A stretch of 64,000 nucleotides of DNA from Phoronis australis. Taxonomy: Eukaryota; Animalia; Phoronida. Position 1 is the first letter of the stretch; each line of letters opens with the position of its first letter. The position numbers and the translations under genes were made by a program. Where the stretch lies: NCBI GenBank assembly GCA_002633005.1, contig NMRA01000359.1, positions 124,001 through 188,000 on the forward strand, given 5' to 3'. Shown in pieces: positions 1-12,200 of this stretch. Below the pieces are notes generated by a model that saw only the letters and a program-made list of their open reading frames with translations, did no database searches and had not been told where the DNA came from.

Positions 1-108
1 TTGACATATATTGCAATTAGACTCAAAAATGGTGGTCTTTCGATTTGAACTGGGCAGTGTGTGCTGGAAGTTCATACGCCCACCTACACATTTAACAGTG
101 TGTACACT

Positions 109-3031
109 TCATTTCTTTTTCTTCTCGGCACTAAGATTCGAATGCAACTTCAGAACTTCTGGTTCAAACAGGTCATGACATAAAACTCCATTCTCGTCAA
201 AGAAGTTGGCTACTGACCACGACTTTTCCGTTTCCCTCTCGTCTTTGGTGGTGCCGTCTATGAACTTCATGTGAAGCTTGTATTCATCATCATACCTAGT
301 TAAAAGTAATCAGATTATTTACAACAACATAATAGAAAAAAATGCATAAAGTAAAAGCTTCAATATAACACACAAGCAAATGATTACCAACAACTACAGT
401 ACAGGACAAAAGTAATCGGACAAAATACCGTTTTCCAATCATGACGGCCAATTCTGTTAAGAGCAAACAAACTGGTGGCAAAATTTTAATGACAGAATGG
501 CTTAGCCGTCTTTACCAACTTTCTTGTTCATTTCTTGTTCATTTCGGTCATGAGGGAAGATTAGTCTGACAATGAACTCGGCTTCTGCCCAGTTGTCATG
601 ACGGGAAGTTTTGTCTCATTTTGTCTGAATACTTTTGGCCTGTATTGTAGGTTTCCGAAAAATCTGACGACAAATTATTCCAAGGACAGAAACAGTAAGT
701 GGGACGTGCAGAAGTTGCGTGGGATCAGCCATTTGGATAAGTCCGATTCAACAAATGAAACCTAAAGGTCCCGTTGAATCTGCTTTAGTTATAGCTAGTG
801 GGACAAGGACTTTTAGGATGAAAAATTACCTTTTTAAAGCTGATGACACCTGCCATGTGTTGTCAGCATCCAGTCCTGCTTTGTCCTTTTGTAGGGCCAC
901 GAGGAATATGCTTTGTTCAATGTAGGTGGTATACAGGGTGAGAATACCCATTAAAATAAAATACATGGTCACAGTTAAGGAATGATTATCCAGGTGGGTG
1001 ACATGTTGTCCAAATCAGCTGCAAATATCAGAATGCGCAGTATCCTACACAACTGAAAGCCCAAACGTGCTCAAACGAAAACAAACCTACCGAAAATGCA
1101 GGGTGGCTGACATTCTCCTTAGCACAAATGCACGGTCTTAAGAGTTACACTATCAGAAGCGGATGTAGGACCTTATAGCCAAGTCTGTGTATTCCGCCAA
1201 ATACCTACAAACTATAGATAACTCGGAAAATATATGTATTTTCTGAACGTAGAAAGCTTGTCGAATTTGATTTGTCTCCCCCTTTGCCAACCTGCCATTA
1301 ATTGAGTCACATGACCATGTCTTTTCAGTAAAATTTAGCAAAAAAGAAATGTACATTATCAATAACATGACCAAATTCAACATGAGATCTCAAAAATGCT
1401 GTTACGTGCATTGGCCTGGAATACCCTGTATATACAACCGGGTACTGGCAGCTACCGCGCCTCCTAGCGGTGGTCTACGCAACTGAACATTCTGAGTAAG
1501 ACAGGTGTCCATGGCAGTGGAAAGCCTTAAAGTGGAACTTGCACGCTAATTCCTTATCTCTGTGATTGCTTGGTCACATTAGTTAGAAACACAGCATATA
1601 GTGATGATGTGAATATGCAGTAGGTTGAAAATTCCCAAATGTTTTTAAGAACGAGTTTTGTGTCGAAAATGATCTACCGTAAATCACTGAACTGCGTCCA
1701 GTAAGTATCGTGACGTGATGTTGGGGAATAACACTGCATGATGAGAGCTATGTGAGCCCTGAGGTGTGAAATAAGAGCAAAGGTCACTTATTTGCAGAAT
1801 TTTTTGTTTTCACATTTACAAGTTGTCAACAAATACATTACCGCACTTTATTTAGCGTAGATTATGTTCAACTAGCATTGTCATTCAGAAGAACACAGGT
1901 CAGTCAGGAAAAACGTGAATTTAATGGCCTGGCTTCAAAGATAAAATGTCGGTAGTGCCAATGACTCCAAATGTTGAGTTCTGTACTGTTTTTTTTGTGA
2001 TTAGTCAAACTTCTACTGACTTTGTGATTGTACCGATTAATTCTAATTTCAAAACTGCAAATTCTATAATTCAGCAAAGTTCATTTTCCATTTTTATGGA
2101 TTTTTGATTAGTCCAGCCCAAAAACAAAATTATGTTCAAAACGTGTGCAGCAAACATTCAATGGAAGTTTTGTTTGAGAACATTAAAGGACTAACTTTAG
2201 CCATCTATGACACAACCACAAAGTCATGATCAGGTGTAGGAGATAAGGAACACATTCAATGCAACCTAAATACAAATTTGATATAATACAGGAGTCTTAA
2301 CTCAACTGAAAGCCCGTGCACTTGCACCATGACACCGAACACTTCAACTTCATGAACAGTGTGCCACAATTTCAACCAAGCAAAGGATATGAGACGACGC
2401 AGAGTATTAGCACAGGTCTGGAGACTGGGAAGGGGTGCAGGTAGTCCCACAGCAGAGCAAATAAAGCAAACAGGACAGACAAAGTACAGATGACTAGGCG
2501 CCCATCCATCAATCTGTTGGACTCTACATAGCCACACTTCTCGGTAAGCACCTACAAAGAGAGAGATCTGTAGCACACGCAGCACTTTAATCATGGAATT
2601 AATGGCAATCATATATCGTATAGTAGCCGCACCTATGTGTGGGGCAAACTCTCAACAAAAAGGTCAAGCTTTGCAATTCCTGCCATTGCACCAGTAAATT
2701 TGGATGTAACCGGATACCAGTGATGGCTGGGAAGTAAACCTGTTGACAAGTACCACAACAACAACAGCCATCTATCCACGATAGCCAACATTTTTCTAGT
2801 ATGTTCCAAAGCTAATCTCAGGACTATACAAAATAAACTTCAACCAGGTACTAAGACCTATTAATTGTTATGTACAACAGCACACTCAAAGTAAAAATTT
2901 TGAAAACAGATTTCCAAATATTAAGACTGAACTTCAACTTCAAGTCAGTAGATTACCTTTTTTGCAGCATCGTCCAGTGTGTTCTTACAGGCTGAACCAT
3001 CCCACTTGTCTATCTTGATTGGTTTTTCCTC
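109..3031 (-). CDS. SPCS2: Signal peptidase complex subunit 2 (SPC25/SPCS2); 4 coding exons resolved, first exon unresolved
   Basis: Exons 3031-2957, 2551-2391, 964(or 967)-830 and 295-109 splice in frame to [135 protein letters not shown]...[32 protein letters not shown]. This matches recalled human SPCS2 ([47 protein letters not shown]). Confidence 0.95.
965..2390 (-). other. U12-type (minor spliceosome) intron of SPCS2
   Basis: 5' end reads ATATCCTTTG (2390-2381) and a branch point TTCCTTAAC lies at 982-974. Both match U12 consensus. No GT-AG join restores the frame here. Confidence 0.92.
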
Positions 3032-3253
3032 CTGAAAAAATATACATTGCAACCATTTAGGGTCGAAATAACACAGCAACAGGAAAGTTTTTATCGAGTT
3101 TCCTCTTTTACATAAACAAACAAGTATATTTTGTTGGTTCCACTCACAGTACTGAACGGTGCAGGTCCATCACTCACAATATTCATTTGGTAACATTTGT
3201 GTTAGTTAAAACAGGGGTACAAAAGAATCATACGCACCGGCATCGCATCTTAC

Positions 3254-3579
3254 GCACGAACCATCTACGAACCCATGAAACATGGACATGAACCCATAAA
3301 TCATGCATACAAATAAAAATCATGCAAACGAACCACAAGAATCATACATACAAACACATGAACAACAATCATGCAAACGAACCACAAGAATCATACATAC
3401 AAACACAAAATCATACCCAAGAGCATCGAATCACTTGCACAAACAATGATTTGCGTTTGTATGTGTGACTGTTGTGGTTCGCGTGCATGATTGTTGTTCA
3501 TGTGCGTTATTTTGGGGTTCCTATATGCATGATTCATGGGTTCGTGTGCATGATTCATGGGTTCGAGTGCATGATTCAT
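3254..3579. repeat. Foldback element with inverted arms built from ~21-bp degenerate repeats
   Basis: Left arm has GAACCCATGAA/ATCATGCA-type units (3254-3420). Right arm has the reverse complement TGCATGATTCATGGGTTC (3446-3579). Confidence 0.75.
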
Positions 3580-4940
3580 GATGGCCTAGGTGCAAATCTG
3601 TACATTAAATATACAGCTTTGCACCGACGAAGGTAAAAAAATGACCAGATAAAATCTGACACAAGATTGGTGTCATTAAAAACTACACTCTTCCATGAGT
3701 ACACTAAATTATTTACTTGCGTTGGAAAAATTGGCACTCTATCGTTATTCTGCTGCTAAAATTATGCTGTGATCGTTTGCTTCAGCTTTCAGCGCCATGA
3801 AACATTGCATCTCTAATTGGCCATTTTTCCCGCCAATTCTTGAATCATCTATTATTTCATGAGGTTGCGCATACGTCAACGCATTGCCACAACTGGTTTC
3901 ACTTTGTTATAAATCTTTAGAGTTTTGATACCAGCAAACCGAATTTCAGAATAAATATTGCTGCTACGAAACTGTCATCATCTCCTTTGCATGTGCATGT
4001 CATGAGCGTACTGTTCTCAAAACGACAACATACTTTTCTTTGTAGCAAAAGCCAGAGAATTACGCAATAAAGTGATGTTTATTAGGTTGTTTTTCAGCTG
4101 TAATGGACAAGGCGTCGACTGACTACCAGATTTTGCATACACCTTTGTCGGTACAGAATGTGGAATTGTGGTGAGAAGGACCTCAGGGGTCTCGTGCTCT
4201 ACTGGCTTATCTACACTAATTTGAAATGGCTTTGTCCAGTCACAGGTTGTGGGTCATAAAAGAGATAATGACACCTACAACTGACAGGCAAGCAGAACTA
4301 CTCTCGTTTATCACATTGGTGCAGACTCACAGGAGACTGCCAACTTGTTTCGGGAGACTTAAGTCTTAATGCCGTGAGCGCAACGACAATGCACGATTTT
4401 CAGAGAGCTGTGTTCACAATAGCCAACATTAAAACGGTGAGCAAATATGTATGCCCTTTACTTTTTCCCAGCATTTATTTACAAATGGCTAAAATTTCAG
4501 TTGTACGCGAAAAAACTACACGGCCATTCTCACTTGCTGTACCGGAAAGACTAACTATTCACTACATTGTGTGAGTTATGTTCTTTTAGTTACACTAAGT
4601 TAATTAAATTTGCAGTTTTACTGCTAAACTTACTATAACAGGTGTGCTCATATTTGCAATTAGCTGATGAAATAGTTTAAAAATGTTAATTGTAAGTCAA
4701 TTTTGACATCTTTCTTAGTTGACAGTAAAACCACTTTACCAAGTGGTAATCTTTGAGATGATTCTCCACTGGCCAGACTGAATTTGAAAGATCTTCATCG
4801 TTATTAGTGAACAAAAAACATTTGTGTTCACATTTTTATGAGGAATTTAATTGTTAAACTTTTAGATGTCAATGAAAAAGGTGAAAATGTCACCGTGCTA
4901 GTCATATTTCTTCAGGCACCTCTTATCATCAAACCATCGG

Positions 4941-7900
4941 CTTTACGGCCAATAAAATGTAGTTGGCCGAAAAGATCTGTGGTTTTCTGTTGAGCCCAGA
5001 CAGCCTGGAGTTGCACCTTATACCAACTCCAGACCGTCTCTCACGGCAATTTAACGTTATGATTTAGGTCTACATGACGGTACAATTTCACAGCAAGGTG
5101 ACAAGCAGAATTGCTCGGGCTGTGGGCATTTTCGAGGTCTGTCGGACCTGAACACAAGAGTCTGGCATGGTACTAGCCTAACCAAGCTGTATTTTGACGA
5201 TAGCCTTCATAAGTTAGCTAGCTGGCTAGATTCATGATATCTCCTGTAAAAGGTGACAAAATGTACGACAACTCTCCCCTTACTGAATCCTGTCTGGGTT
5301 CAGACCCCTCCTCTCGTCTTGGCTGTGTACACCGGCAGTAATACGGACCAGCCAGACCACAGTCTGCCGTGTGGCTAGTCCGGAATGCTGCCAGTGCTGG
5401 GCGCAAGACAAGCAGACAATGTCACCAGAATGAAGTAAGTTAGACAAGTAAGAAAAAGTATCCACAAATTTAATTGCGTGCAAACAAATTCTTTAGTCAT
5501 TCGTATGTCATCTATAGGTGAAGTGTTCGGATGCTATTGCAAAATTGGGCAAAATATGTAAAATCACAATATCCAACCTGGTAAAACACTTTCGTTGCCA
5601 TTTTCACTCCACAGCACACGTCAGAAAACTCTCAAACCATGTGAGATTATGTTTTCATTATAATTTTTGTTAATTACCTATATTTTGAACTTTTAAAATG
5701 GGTATGTATTTGAAATAAATACATTTTGCTTTAATTTCTAAGATTTTTCATTTTTAATTAAGCTGTATTCTTACATAAGGGAACTTTCATACCAAAAGCA
5801 TGTTTTCAAGGGAGAGCGGTGAGTTTGGTCTCAGAGAAGTTTGAAGTCATTTCATTACCATTATTTGTCTTCTTTTAATGTAGTATTGACATGTTACCTT
5901 ACTTTTAAGTTCAAAGTGATGAATTTCTACTGAAATATTCTGTCGGGATTCTTAATAAAAAGTATTCGGATAAATAGATTTTCGGTGTCGTAGACAACGG
6001 AGGTTACCAGATTATCTGTCACTGTCAGTCTTGTCCATCGGTTTATTTTCTATGCGTCTATTGATTATTTATTGGATCAGTTTGGAAACATTGAAGGTGA
6101 CTTTAAACTAAGTTTGCTTCACGGGTAATAAAACGTAATCAGCCGAAAAGATCTGTGGTTTTCTGTTGAGCCCAGACCATCCGGAGTTGCCCATATACCA
6201 ACTTCAGACGGTCTCTCACGACGATTTAACGTTATGATTTAGCTCTACACGATGGTACAAATTTAATGGCAAGGTGACGAGCAGAACTACTCGGACTGTG
6301 TACAATTTTGAGGTCTGTCAGACCTGAACACACAGTCCGACATGGTACCTAGCCTAGCTTAGCTGTATTTTGATGATAGTTTTCATAAGCTAGCTGGCTG
6401 GCTAGATTCATGGTAGGCAATTACATCGCCCTGGATGCCACAATACATCCCTGCAAAAAGTTACGAATTTCAAAGTACAAGATATAAAATCAAACGAAAC
6501 ATGCATATATGCATATGGAGTTATAATTAACACAAACCATAAGTCTGGAGACGATTCAGTCAAGATAATTTGAACAAATCGATGAAAATCTGTCGCGGTT
6601 TGCTCGAGTTTCTACTTCTGGGTGTCATTTTGAGGAAGTTATGTGAAATCACGCATATTGACAAATAAAATGTCCACGGGACACAAATTTTACAAATTTC
6701 ACCTGATACTTTCCCATGCTATTTTGTAAGAATCAGTCCGGCCAGCATCACGCGCTTCGCTCAGTCTCGCGCTAGACTTTGCCTAACTCACGTGACTCAG
6801 TTGAAACACTTTGTGGATATCGCATGCCTGGTGAAAAAGTTAATGGTGTCCAAAAAGTTGAGTTGGAATTCTTCATCAAAGCCACCTTAATTCTCACAAC
6901 TAAGCTTCATCAAAGATATGTATAGATGTAGAAAGGACCACTGAAGAAAGTAAGCGCTTTTTTCAGTGATAGTTTTAAGTGTGGAATGTATTTTTGACGA
7001 GGTGAAAACTCTTAATCAGTGGCCGGATTTGGCCTAACACCCGTTTAAAATACATGGAACGAAATTCGTACAGAAAGCGAAGGGAAGTATTGTAGCCCCT
7101 AACCGGCCGAGGCCCAGGGGCTACGACCTACGTGTTGCCTATCATTCATAGTATTTTCCTGTAAAAGGTGACAAACTGTACGTTACGTCTCCTCTTAACA
7201 AGCACAGACGGCCAGACTGTCACTAGGTAGCTAGACAGGTCTCCCGTCTGGGCTCAGATGCCTCCTCTTGGCGTGGCTGTGTACGCGGCAGTATACGGAC
7301 CCCAGGCGAAGGACAAGCAGACAATCACGACACAATGTCACCAGATTGAAGTAAGTTAGATAAGTAAAAAAAAGTATCCACAAATTTAACTGCGTGCAAT
7401 TAAATTTTTTAGTCTTAAGTAAGTCATCTATAGGTGAAGTGTTCGGATGCTATAGCAAAATTGGGCAAAATATGTAAAATCAGAATATCCAACCCGGTAA
7501 AACAATACCTTCGTCGCCATTTTCACTCCACAGCACACGTCAGAAAACTCTCAAATTGCATTGCAGTATGAGTTGATATTTTTCATTGTAAGTTGTATTA
7601 ATGAACTATATTTTGAAATTATAAAACGGAAATGTATTTGAAATTGATACATATTGCTTTAATTTTGAAGATTTTCTCATTTTAATTGAGCTATATTTGG
7701 AGGCTATAGTTACATACGGGAACTTTCATACCAAAGCAAGTTTTCGAGGGAGAGTGGTGAGTTTGGTCTCGGAGAAGTTTAAAGTCATTTCATAACCATT
7801 ATTTGTCTTCTTTTAGTGAAATCGTTAGTTGTAATGTAGTAGTGGCGTAGTACCTTACGTTTAAGCTCAAAGTGATTTATTGATACTGAAGTATTCTCTC

Positions 7901-8061
7901 GATATTGTTAATAAAAGTACTTTGGATCTAGATTTTCGGCGTCGTTGACAACGGAGGTTACCAGATAATCTGTCACTGTCAATCTTGTCCATGAGTTCAC
8001 TTTCTATACGTCTTATCATTATTTATTGGACCAGTTTGGAAACATCGAAGGCGACTGAACT
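4941..8061. repeat. Diverged tandem duplication of a ~1.17-kb unit; second copy interrupted by an insertion
   Basis: GCCGAAAAGATCTGTGGTTTTCTGTTGAGCCCAGAC occurs at 4966 and 6142. 5240-6110 aligns with 7155-8060 with many substitutions and no N between copies. Confidence 0.9.
6412..7143. mobile_element. 732-bp non-autonomous TIR DNA transposon
   Basis: Ends GGTAGGCAA...TTGCCTATC, flanked by the direct repeat ATTCAT (6406-6411, 7144-7149). The paralogous site near 5229 has a single ATTCAT and no insert. Confidence 0.8.
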
Positions 8062-9211
8062 AGCTTTCAAGTGTATGCAAACGGTGTTCATGGTGTGAAC
8101 ATACGACAACTGAAGATGATTGTTCTACATATAAAGATAATTTTATTAATGTTCATGTTAGTTAGGTCTCACATAATGTACTTAGCCTACAGTCTGTTGT
8201 CAAGCTATACGGCGTCAGAAGAAGTCCAGGCCTGACAGCCCCAATTCGTAGGCTTTTGGTGAATTTTTATGGGGGACATGTGCAAAACTCATGCGGAAGA
8301 ATCACCGGACACTAGTCGGATATAATGGACCCGAACTTATTCCAAATAAATCCACTAAATGTGGGTCTAAATGAATGATTTTGAAATCGTTGCTTTCCTC
8401 AGACATCTGGCTATGCGTACATATCCACCTCACGACCCTCAATTACTCCGTTCTATAACTACGTTATTCCGAACTCGGTCCACTTTAGCCACGCGCATTG
8501 TGAAATTGGCAGCCATTTCAGGGAACTTACTATACCTAGTGCCATCTATCGGCGATCTGCAGCAACACACGCTGTTCCTTTTTCATCAGTCAATGTCATT
8601 GGTCGATTTCATCTATTATTTACATCATCATTATTAATCATCGATATGTCTGCTCTCATCATCCTTTTTCGCCATCTTATCTGTCGTCGTCATGTTATCG
8701 TCGTCCATGAGACAGCTATTTTTACTCAGAAGCAGTTGGTTGTTGACATCCTGATGTCTTCCTGTACCTCCCCCACTCCTTGTAAGCAATGTTACTCAGT
8801 CTGTACTATCGTCTTAGTAACCCCCGTTTGGTGGGAAACGTTTCTTCTTTAGTCAAGTGCACCAAGTATTTTTGTGGCATCTGAGGTGTTGTGTTCAAAG
8901 GCCTAATTGTGAAGGCTCTCACCATTTACTCACCATCAAGGCTTTTGCTGGTCTTCAGGTTGTCACTGATGTATCCTATGTAGCCGTCTGGTTCACATTT
9001 GTATAGTGCTAGTCTGGTTTAAGCCAATGTCCTCTACAAAGGGAAATCATTCTTCTTGGCATGATCTTCAATTAAAGTTTCAGTTTCTGATCATGTTCCA
9101 GTCACACTTTCTTCATAAGTAAACCATGCAAAAGTCTTTACCATCTTCTTTTTCTGAGTTATGTGGTAATTATTATTTTTTTTATCTTTTTCAGGTAATA
9201 TCCAGTGAAAG

Positions 9212-12200
9212 ATGAGTGAACAACTTAAATATATTGTTCAAGAGTTGAACAAAGAGCCGTTCAAGAAGAATTTCAACTTGATCAGCTTTGACTCACTGGA
9301 ATCTATACAGTTACTTCAGATTCTTAATGATGTATTGGCTGAAATCGATCCTAGTGTGAGTTGTTATAAGTTTGACATCAGTGGCGTATCTAGGATATCA
9401 TGAGAGGGGAATTTTTTATTCTGTGACATCTGCCCCCTGTTGGATTTAAAGAGATTAATATGTTTTTTCCTTTGAATCCTGAATGTCATCTATTGAGTCA
9501 ATGTAGTACTAAGTGAACCAGGTTTCAACCAGGATGTTTCAACTTTGAAAAGAAGCTGTATGACCAATATTTCTTCTAAATTCTCTCAAGAGTTTCTGTT
9601 CCCTTTTCCCTTGTCAAATAGACTGAACATTAAGTGTGCTGTCTGTAAATTTCTTTTTGTTCTTTCTAGCAAAAAATTGACATTCGTGAAGAGCGCCCAG
9701 ATGAGACTGCCATACGACTGTTTAGCGCTCTGCGGATCCTGAAATACAAGCCGCCCACACAGGCTGGAAATTTGTAAGTTTTATTTCAACTAGCACGTGA
9801 TCGTTGTTCAGTTCCTGAATATGTCTATGTTACTTAAGACAAAATTTTTTGCCTATGACAATGTGACAATTTTATTGTCAGCATTTGCCTCTGTGTCTTC
9901 AGTGGTCCTTGAAATTTGACAAATAGGTCTGTAATACGGAGACAACACCTTTCAATTTTGAACAGGTCTGATGTATTCTGCGCCATCTAGTGGCCATTTT
10001 TATAATACTAATAAGCACCCCAGAAGCATATCGTTTGTGGTGCAGTGGTGGGCGCCGTTATTAAATTGTTGTCAACTTGTTCCTAACTGAAATTATTGGG
10101 GTGGTGATTCCTGCGCTTGGAAAGGACTTAGAGTTCGTTACTGTTTGAGATGAAGCTCAACTTGGTGACTTGCTTGTCACGGTTGGTCATTTTATGCCCT
10201 GAGCATGGTCAGCCGGTAATGAAATGTTCATTCTTTTCAAACCCAGAGGCCAGTTCTTATCTCAGGAACCAGTTGAAGCCATTTTTATTGAAAAGTTAGT
10301 TTCTTTTGCAGTAACACTGATTTATATGCGCATTTGATTACCAATTTGTTTTCTTCACAGGAGTGCATTCCGTCAGGGCCTCGTCACCGCGGAGAAGCCC
10401 ATTATCTACCCCATTCTAGAATGGCTGTTCCAGAAAATGCCGGAGTTGAAGAAGAGAGCGTACCTGGCCAAATACCTGGTAAAAATTGACGTACCACCTG
10501 AGGTGATCGATGCCCAGATACAGGATATTTACACACAGGTGAGGTTTTATGGTGTCGTTGCCGCTAAGTAAAACATAACTGTGATTGCATTTGTATCCTG
10601 AACTGATGAATTTACGCGATTATTTGCTCATTGCGTTTGCGGCCTCCAACATGCTAACACAAAATCTTTGCAAATAACTGATAACAGAGCAGATTTTTAT
10701 ATCACAGCGTTAGTGTGTTGCAAATCCAATAAAAACATTTAGAACTCTGAAAACTAAAATGCAACTTAAATTGTGTTTCAAGTCCGCTGTGGTCAACAGT
10801 AGCTTGATTATATTAGAAATTACACCTGTTTCAACTAAGGAACAGCTTGAGGCCAGTTTCGTAACAGTAAGTGACTTAAATCTTTTTTTTGGCAAAAAGT
10901 ACAGGTTTAATGTCGCTTTCAGAGAATTTATGATACCTAAAATAAATTATGATCTGTTTCCCATACAGCGTTTTTATTTTACAGTCGCTGACCCTGATCG
11001 TTTGGGGATCCCTACAAACCATGATAGAAAATTTAATTTGTGGCTCCTCAGGTCTAATACTTTGGAGGGGGGGGCTATTTGCAGAATATTCCGGGCTTGA
11101 GACCCTGGTTTTTCATTTTCACAAGCAAGTGATCCGTTTTAGAATAGTTACATAAATTTCCGTGTTTTTTTCGGTTTTGTAAAGTATCAAATTTCACTTT
11201 ACTTTGTCAAAGTGATAAATAACATAAGATTTGTCTGGGAATTGACTTACTTTTTCCACTGCGTTATGCTGTAGCTTCGTTTTACTGATGGTTTGCTGCA
11301 TGCCACGAAAAATAACAGCGACACCTTCAGAATGAATGAACAACTACTTGAACATGTCTGCTGCAGAAGGATAGTCAATTGGTGTGTGGTCGGAATATGT
11401 TGAATTAGACGGATTATGTTCCTAATTTTTTGGTAATTTAAAACAAAAATATTAAAATTATGGCACCTGCTACTCAATTGCAGAAATTCTGTTGGAAATC
11501 TCTAATTCTGTGAAAGAAGTCAAGGTTCCACGAATTCTTCTCGTTTTGTTTGGTTATGGTGGAAACCAGGATATACAATTCTGGTTTTAAAATTCTGGTG
11601 TGTCCACTTGCAGTATGAGGCGTACATCGATGAGTTCAAAGAGCTACACAAGCAGCTGGAGACGGCCAAGAATAGCGGTTTCTCAACTGGAGAGATCAAG
11701 AAGGACATCCAGAACATGGAGGACGAACGTGAGCAGTTGAAGAAGAGGGTGGACAAGCTCAAGAGGAGGGTACGTGGGTCACATTTACTGTGAGGTAGCT
11801 GGTTACTGATTAAGACATTGGGGATCATGGAGGATGAATGTTGGTGGGTGAAAATGATAGAGAGGCTGACTAGAGAAGAAGTTGTGCTCATCAGGCTTTG
11901 TATTTACACATTGTGATGGGTTATTGTCTGTGAATGCTCTTTCAAATTAACTTTGTAGTCGCTGACCTTTGCTTACGTGCTTTTTTGTCTTCCCTGATTT
12001 GTTTTTTAATTTTTTAAGTATAAAAATTTAGTGTCTTTGTTGCACAGTAATTCATTATGCTCTTGAGGACATATTGCGTCAGAGACTCTAGCTTATATCA
12101 AAGCTTCCTCAGTACAACTGGCACAGTAGGTTTTGGTATTAATTTTCTTGATTCTTGTGAATCTGTTTACGGTACCGTTGTTGACCTTGAGAATGTTGCC

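Noticed and set aside
8635-8710. Minus-strand MDDDNMTTTDKMAKKDDESRHIDD as SPCS2 exon 1
   Set aside because: It hits a stop before any splice donor.
10030-10120. tRNA/SINE-like A-box (TGGTGCAGTGG)
   Set aside because: No clear B-box or cloverleaf; at most a decayed SINE head.
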